Shown piece by piece: positions 57,365 through 64,000 of a stretch of DNA of 64,000 bases; the first letter of the stretch is position 1; the number at the start of each line of letters is the position of its first letter. The position numbers and the translations under genes are program-made. This stretch comes from the human T2T-CHM13v2.0 reference genome, Homo sapiens. Location: NCBI RefSeq assembly GCF_009914755.1, contig NC_060927.1; one strand, written 5' to 3'. The notes under the pieces were generated by a model. The model made no database searches and was not told the DNA's origin. It was given only the letters and a program-made list of their open reading frames with translations.

Positions 57365-57432
57365 AATTTCAGTGTTCTTTTCCCCGACCCAGAAGAATTT
57401 CAGTGTTCTTTTTCCCCACCCAGGAGAATTTC
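57365..57432. repeat. 31-bp tandem duplication
   Basis: aatttcagtgttcttttccccgacccagaag followed by aatttcagtgttctttttccccacccaggag. Confidence 0.9.
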
Positions 57433-57604
57433 TAGGAATTCCAGGGGAGGTTTCACAAGCACTCATCTAGTCTGTTCTTACCGTTCGTCATCTTTTACCA
57501 CTGGGTAAACACTGCATATCATGACGTCTCTGGGATGCTGGGGGCCTCCCACCACAGCTGAGGCCTGAGTCCCACAAAATACAAAGCCTCACCACATCGT
57601 GTTA

Positions 57605-58300
57605 CTGCATTAACTTTCTATTGCCGTATAGAAAACTACCACAAACATGGTGACTTAAAATAACACAAATTATCTCACACTTCTGGAGCTCAGAATTCCG
57701 GCATAGCTCAACTGAGTTCTCTGCTTAGGGTCTCTCAAGGCTGAAATGAGATGTTCACTTGGCTGAGCTTTTGAATATGGAGGCCCTAGGAAGGAAATCT
57801 GCTTCCAAACTCATTCAAGTTGTTGGCCAAATATGGACTGAGGTCCATGTTTCTCTGCTGGCTATAGCCAGGAGCCACTCTCAGCTCTTTAAGACCACCT
57901 GCATTCTGTGGCACAACCCGCCCCTCCCTAATCTTCAAGCCAGCAACCGTGCGTCAACTCCCTGTCATGTTTTAAATCTCTGACTTCCTCTTCTGATCCT
58001 ACAGAAAACACTCTGCCTTAAAAGGGGTCATCTGATTAGATCAGGCCCACCTTGATTATCCCCATACTTTAAGGTCAATTAATTCACTTGAGACTTTAAT
58101 TACATCTGCAAAATTCCTTCAAAGAAGTACTTGGATTTGTATTCGAATGAATAAGCAGAGGTCAGAAATCTTGGGTATGGATGCATCTTTAATTACATCT
58201 GCAAAATTCCTTCAAAGAAGTACTTGGATTTGTATTCGAATGAATAAGCAGAGGTCAGAAATCTTGGGTATGGATGCATCTTTAGAATCCTGCCTCCCAG
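57605..58300 (-). mobile_element. MLT1E/F-like LTR
   Basis: actaccacaaacatggtgacttaaaataacac...gaaatctgcttccaaactcattca...ttaattacatctgcaaaa. Confidence 0.8.
58094..58284. repeat. perfect 93-bp tandem duplication
   Basis: 58094-58186 identical to 58187-58279, followed by cttta microhomology. Confidence 0.97.
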
Positions 58301-60099
58301 TTACTGTGTGAAGATCCTCTTTCATCTCTGCTTCCCACTATTTTGGAGAGGTGCAGTAAAAAGCAATGTTTGTGCATTTATATGTAAGAATTTTTCGAAG
58401 ATCAGATCTTTGGGGATTTATGTATAGACCCATTGCTCTCCATAGTATTTCAACCAAAACATAATAGGGTCTTTGCTACAAGTCAAATGAAAATACAAAT
58501 GTTGATGCTATATACAGAATCGCACAATCACGCAGACAACTAACGCTTTATCACAGAGTCAGACTCATCCTCTCTTAGGACAAATATTTTCTCGGAAATC
58601 TCAGTCCTTCAGGAAAACTCTTTTGAGGAGATGGCCTTACCAGTACACCAGGCACGCCCAGACCTGTCTGAATTCCAGTTAAGTCTACAGCCTGTTCTCT
58701 TACTCTATTTACATACTATTGATAAGGAATCTCCAAGCTTCCTGTCTCAGAGAATATCAAGCGCTCTGAGCTGCTGCTTTCCGAGGAACACAGAGAGCAT
58801 GTTTCTTGCTCAGCGGCTAAATGTCTGACTTGTCATTTGAGACAAATGGGGATTTATGCTTCTCTCGTTTCTGTGCTTCCTCAAAGGACAAGCATCAGAG
58901 TTTTTGTGCTTGGAAAGAGTAAGGGCAAAGTACCAATTAACCAAAACACATTGCCAGAAAGGACAGGTAGAGAACGATTCAGTGTCATTTCTGCAAGAAG
59001 ATCTGCAGGTCCAGAGCCAAGTAAAAAAATTAGGCCTTGTTTTCTAAATATAGCATGGAGAATAGCAGAATCAAAACAAGAATGGCATTTGCATTATGGG
59101 AAGGAATGATTTAGACCTTTCCTTTTACTTTTTTCATCCAGTTTGCTTTAAACACACAGCTCAGTTGTGAACTGACTGAACTGTGAAGAAGGCAGACAGA
59201 AATGTAAGTGGGAAAAAAGGCCACCAACCAATCTTTAATATTTTTCAACTTTGATTGGTAACTGATGTTGGATAAAATCACCCTTGCCAGAAAGTAACTT
59301 CAAAAAGCAGGACACAGCACTAGTACTCAGGCTACATAATATGTGTCATATTTTTTTTTCAAAGTCTAAGATCCACATAATGCTGTTCATTGTTTGGCAA
59401 AAACAAACAAGTTAGATTTTGTGTCTTGACTTCTGAAAACATGTGGAAAATAGCCAAATAGATTGGTCAGTATATTGTATGTTTTTAAGGAGTTCTACTA
59501 AACCACTCATTCAATAGACAGTTGATAAAATCAGCCAACAAAGGCAATGAAGAATTTAATTTCAGAATTTTATTTTCCTTTTATGAGTCTCAAGATAATT
59601 TACGTAGAAGAGAATGATGGGCATGAGGAGAGATACCTTCCAGGTTTATATTCTACTCCCCCTCAAAACTAAGGAATCTGAGCCACAACCAGGTTATATG
59701 TTTATGCTTAACCAAGGAAAAATGATAGAATCTCCTATAACAGATATAATAATCCTATAATAATTGTCCATTCCTAACTCTGTGGTTTCAAATCAGAACA
59801 AAAATGAAAAATAAAGTAAGTGGATACATGGGGAAAAGGAGAGGCTATTTTCTGTCTGTGAAGAATTAAGGTAATGAATTTTCACAAGAAGAAATTTGAC
59901 ATCGAATCTAAATTATTGGAAGACAAGTATATATAAATCATTTCCATATTTATGCTTAGCCAGCCATGGCTTCCAAAAAATAGGTGCAAGTATTAAAATT
60001 CAGGTAAAATGAGAAGTAATAACCCAAATCACTTAAATCTTAGCTTCTGTTAACCATAGATAAAGACGTAAATAGTACTTAATAGCTGAAAACTACCAA

Positions 60100-60265
60100 A
60101 AGAGCTTTGAGATGTAATGGTTAAGTGTTGGGACTGGAAGTCACATAGACTCATGTTTGGTGCCTAATTCTGCCCTTTTTGTGACTGGGTAGCTATAGGT
60201 ATTTTTCTTAACTTCTCTGAGCCTCAGTTTCCTTGCCTATAAGGTATAAAGAACACCTTTCTTGT
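60100..60265 (+). mobile_element. MIR SINE
   Basis: gtaatggttaagtgttgggactggaagtcac...cttaacttctctgagcctcagtttcc. Confidence 0.8.
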
Positions 60266-60324
60266 TTTTCTACTGCATATGTCTTCCATGGCCTCCTTTC
60301 TTCATTCCTCCTATTGTGAGATAA

Positions 60325-62093
60325 TGTGGCAGAGACTGACTACATAGTCCCCAAACCTGTTTCTTATTTCTGGGCCAGCAGCTGAATGATGGTGTCCAAT
60401 AGCCATGCATCCAGGTGGCCCATATGACAGGCCTCTCCAACAGAACAGAAGCAGAAGTTATGTGTCTCATCCAGTATGAGGCAGTTTCTTTTCCCCTCAC
60501 AGGGTAATCTTGGAGGCCACATTTTGAAGATGGCAGAAATACTACATAGAAAGTCTAGATCCTTGGGTCACCATTTGGAAGAGAGCTGCCTGACCAGGAA
60601 CATATGTAATTGACTCTGCCTACGTGGAAAATAAATTTATACTATAATAAGCCATTGAGATTTTGGGGTTGTTTGTTACAGCAGTATTATTAACCCTGCC
60701 ACTGAAATTGGTACTTCAAAATGGAGCATTGCTATAATAAAAACATGAAATATGTGTCACTAGCTTGGCACGTGGGCAATGAAGAGCAAGAACACAGTGA
60801 TAACAGGCAGAATGCCTACAGAGTCATACCATACAGTGACATAATATCTATTAAAATTGTCATCTGCCATAAAATGGAAGGCGTACTACATACCTACTTA
60901 GCAAGTAGGTTTACGGGGAGAGGTTGGAAAACGGAGAATGAATAGCATGCGTTGGTTGTTACTGACTGCTGGCAGCAAAGTATTACAAGAAAAAAGCTCA
61001 GGAAAGGACTGGCCAGTTTGGGGAAAGACTTTAAAGGGAATGAGGAGTACAGAAAGTCAAGGGCTGGCTGGGTGGAAAAGTCAACTATTTCTGAACTTGA
61101 AATCATAGAAGATGATATTTAAAAACAGACACGAAGCCTAGAGGGAAGCCTAGTACCCTCTTGGATAGAATGACTCAGCCTTTCAGCAAAAAGATATTAA
61201 GACTGGTGTTCCCACTCTAGCCTGGCAGCTTCAAGGTTGCCATCATTAAGTTGAGTATGTGAGACAGTGAGCTGAAGAAGCAAAGTAAAGCACCCTGGAG
61301 AACTATATCTAGGAAGGTACTTTGGGTTTGATAAACACATGAAAATGAGTAAGTAGAAAGCTACTACATTTTTTTGAGAAATACATTGTCCAGTACCAGA
61401 AGTCTGAAATTAAAATGTCGGACTTTCAAGACTTACAAAAAGCTTGAGCCTTTAACTTCCATGAACAAATAAAGTTAGGAAAGTTGTATAACTCCCAAAG
61501 AGGGCTTACACTTAATACCCAGTTCAGAGAAGGCCATGGAAAATAATAAACTTGGAAGAAACTGCTAGAGGGCAAAGCCAGGGGTCACAGAAAGCAACAG
61601 ACTAAAAAAAAAAAAAAAAAATTCTCAAGGACAGTAGAAATTGGCACTAATCAAAGGACTTCTCCTACTCCAGACTGACAAATCCTCACAATATTGGCTA
61701 AGTGGAATTTCAGAATTGCCATAGCCTAATGATTTTCCTGTGTCTTTCATTCTACCAATTTTTTAATGAGAATATTTACAGGTTGTCTTGTGCCTGTTTT
61801 ACTAACTGTGCATTGGGGATGGAGGGTAGCAAACTGATCACTGTCTTTTCAGATCATGGGCTACACAACCATAAGGAGCCACATCTAGGACTAAAGGAGA
61901 GAATTTCACATCACTTGAACATCTTGGACCTAGAACTAGAAGCAGGGACTGACTCGATGAGATCTTGTGTTTTCCACTTAAGAAAGGGGCTCATTTATTC
62001 TATGTGTGGGAGGAAGCATGAAATTGGTATTTGATGACCAAAAGGGCAAACTATGGCAGAAGCTTATAGCTTATATGATACTTATCAAATGTT

Positions 62094-62126
<33 letters not shown>

Positions 62127-62503
62127 TCTCCTGGGGATACTGGTAAGCTACATTTCCAGCCCTCTTGTGTGTAAGATGGGAACATATGTCAAGTTCGCAC
62201 CAATGTAATGTGAGCAAAAGTGATGTGTGCCTTCCTGCCTGAGGCAGTTGAGAGCAGACGTGTCTTCTTCACACTATCCATCACTCTGAGGCGACAGTAA
62301 AGGCCCTTGTTGAGGATATCAGAGCTTTCTATGAAGGAGAGAAGGCCTGAGTCTCTGACACAGCAGCACTTGGAGGAGAGCCATTCAGGAAGACTGCCCA
62401 ACATCTGCATTAGACTCATGTGAATGAAATAACTTGTATTATGTTAAGCCACAGAAATTAGCAAATTGTCCGTTACTCTGTTAGTAGCCTCTCTAAAGAA
62501 TAG
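60325..62503 (+). mobile_element. old MLT1 (MLT1H/I/J-like) provirus: LTR ~60325-60703, internal ~60704-62051, LTR ~62052-62503
   Basis: LTR end taagccattgagattttggggttgtttgttacagcag, then gaaattggtac internal start; gaccaaaagggcaaac before the second LTR. Confidence 0.7.
62095..62124. repeat. (TTG)n microsatellite
   Basis: about 10 units. Confidence 0.92.
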
Positions 62504-62819
62504 CTGTGTCTCAAATAATTTGGCCCTCCTTTCCCATTAGAGTTGATGGCCTCAGTATGGTTACCTGACCAAATTATCTTACCTAGGAATTTGAAGGTGG
62601 AACATGTACTAAGTCAGTTTGCTAGGAAAAGCCAAACTTTAAATCGATGTGGCACCCGGGGGCCCAAATGGTAAATTAGTGCCATAAGCAAGATTAAGTT
62701 GTAGAGAAACAGAAAATCCATGGGGAAGAAAAAAAGAGACAAAAACAGAAACCAAAAACAAGGTAAGTTTTCAGGGATAAGCAGGAGACAGATTAAATTA
62801 GCAGAGGAGAGCTATGAAT

Positions 62820-63280
62820 ATGCCACGCCCTGTGGCAGCCATGGATATGCGCTCCTTGAATCTCCCGTTAAACAAGAATTCGCCAACCATTAGCACCTCC
62901 AAGATATGCCTCAGCCTTTAGCTGAGGTTGTGTTCTTCCTGAGAAGCTTCAGCCAATTACTGGGCACACTGTGGGTGTGAGGGCCTGGCCTTTAATGCCT
63001 CATGTGAGACTCCTCAAATGGTAATCTTTGCTCACAATCTTTGCCCATTGTTGGATTGGTTGAGACTTTGTCAAGTCTGCATCACGGTTTGAGGTTCCCC
63101 CTGCCCTATCTGAGTTCTTCATTCTTTCCTTTCATGTCAGAGCAACAGCGTGATATGAAGGTTTTTCCTCCCCACTCTTGCTTCCTCTCCGTTTTATCTT
63201 TCATAGGCATTTCTCCTCCAATAAACCTCTTGCACTTTCAAGTCCATTTCAGTGTTGGCTCTTCCATGCCAGAATCTAAA
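62820..63280 (+). mobile_element. LTR16-like solo LTR
   Basis: ggcatttctcctccaataaacctcttgcactttcaagtccatttcagtgttggctcttcc. Confidence 0.6.
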
Positions 63281-63353
63281 GTCATTTTAAGATTTTTAGA
63301 GGTTCTAGGTATGAAAAAGATTGTGGTGTCCCTAACTGTAATTGTAAATATAA

Positions 63354-63752
<399 letters not shown>

Positions 63753-64000
63753 CCAATGTGTTTTTGCTTATTATTTTGAATTTGAAATTTCAAATCCCCC
63801 CCAAAAAAACTACCTCTATTTTGCTTGATCTTTAAATACATACTTATTATACCTTTGGGGTAATACAGAACTGCTTAAGCCTCACTTTGGGCTCAATCTT
63901 CACCCCAGTGAAGTTAAAATCTGAAATGGATTTGGGCTGGGATAAGGGATTGAGCTTGTATTAGTTATATATTGCTGTGCAATAAATAAATAAACCACAA

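Noticed and set aside
57365-58284. Repeats of about 30 bp as a CRISPR-like array
   Set aside because: Two-copy duplications without spacers, no cas genes, and a primate nuclear context.

Overview
Primate, very probably human, nuclear DNA. It is AT-rich and dense in Alu, L1, L2, MIR, MaLR/ERVL LTR and DNA-transposon fossils. I recognise no host protein-coding exon, rRNA, tRNA or CRISPR array, and most ORF-track entries are repeat-derived or chance. The main functional landmark is a CpG island at ~34.2-34.8 kb. It has a splice donor on each strand, consistent with a bidirectional promoter. Several well-formed minus-strand splice signals (~58.6, 39.8, 34.35, 29.07, 25.8, 24.9 and 6.1 kb) suggest the non-coding, multi-promoter 5' region of a minus-strand gene whose CDS would lie left of the window. 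I cannot name that gene. Largest elements: a near full-length Tigger1 with an inserted Alu, a full THE1 provirus, and an old LTR-int-LTR MLT1 provirus. The most distinctive direct observations are an exact dispersed 30-bp duplication, a perfect 93-bp tandem duplication, a template-switch hairpin inside an Alu, and a strong-Kozak ORF whose stop codon sits inside a splice donor. I see no convincing evidence of a wholly new biological system. Repeat subfamily names come from remembered consensus sequences and need RepeatMasker/Dfam confirmation.
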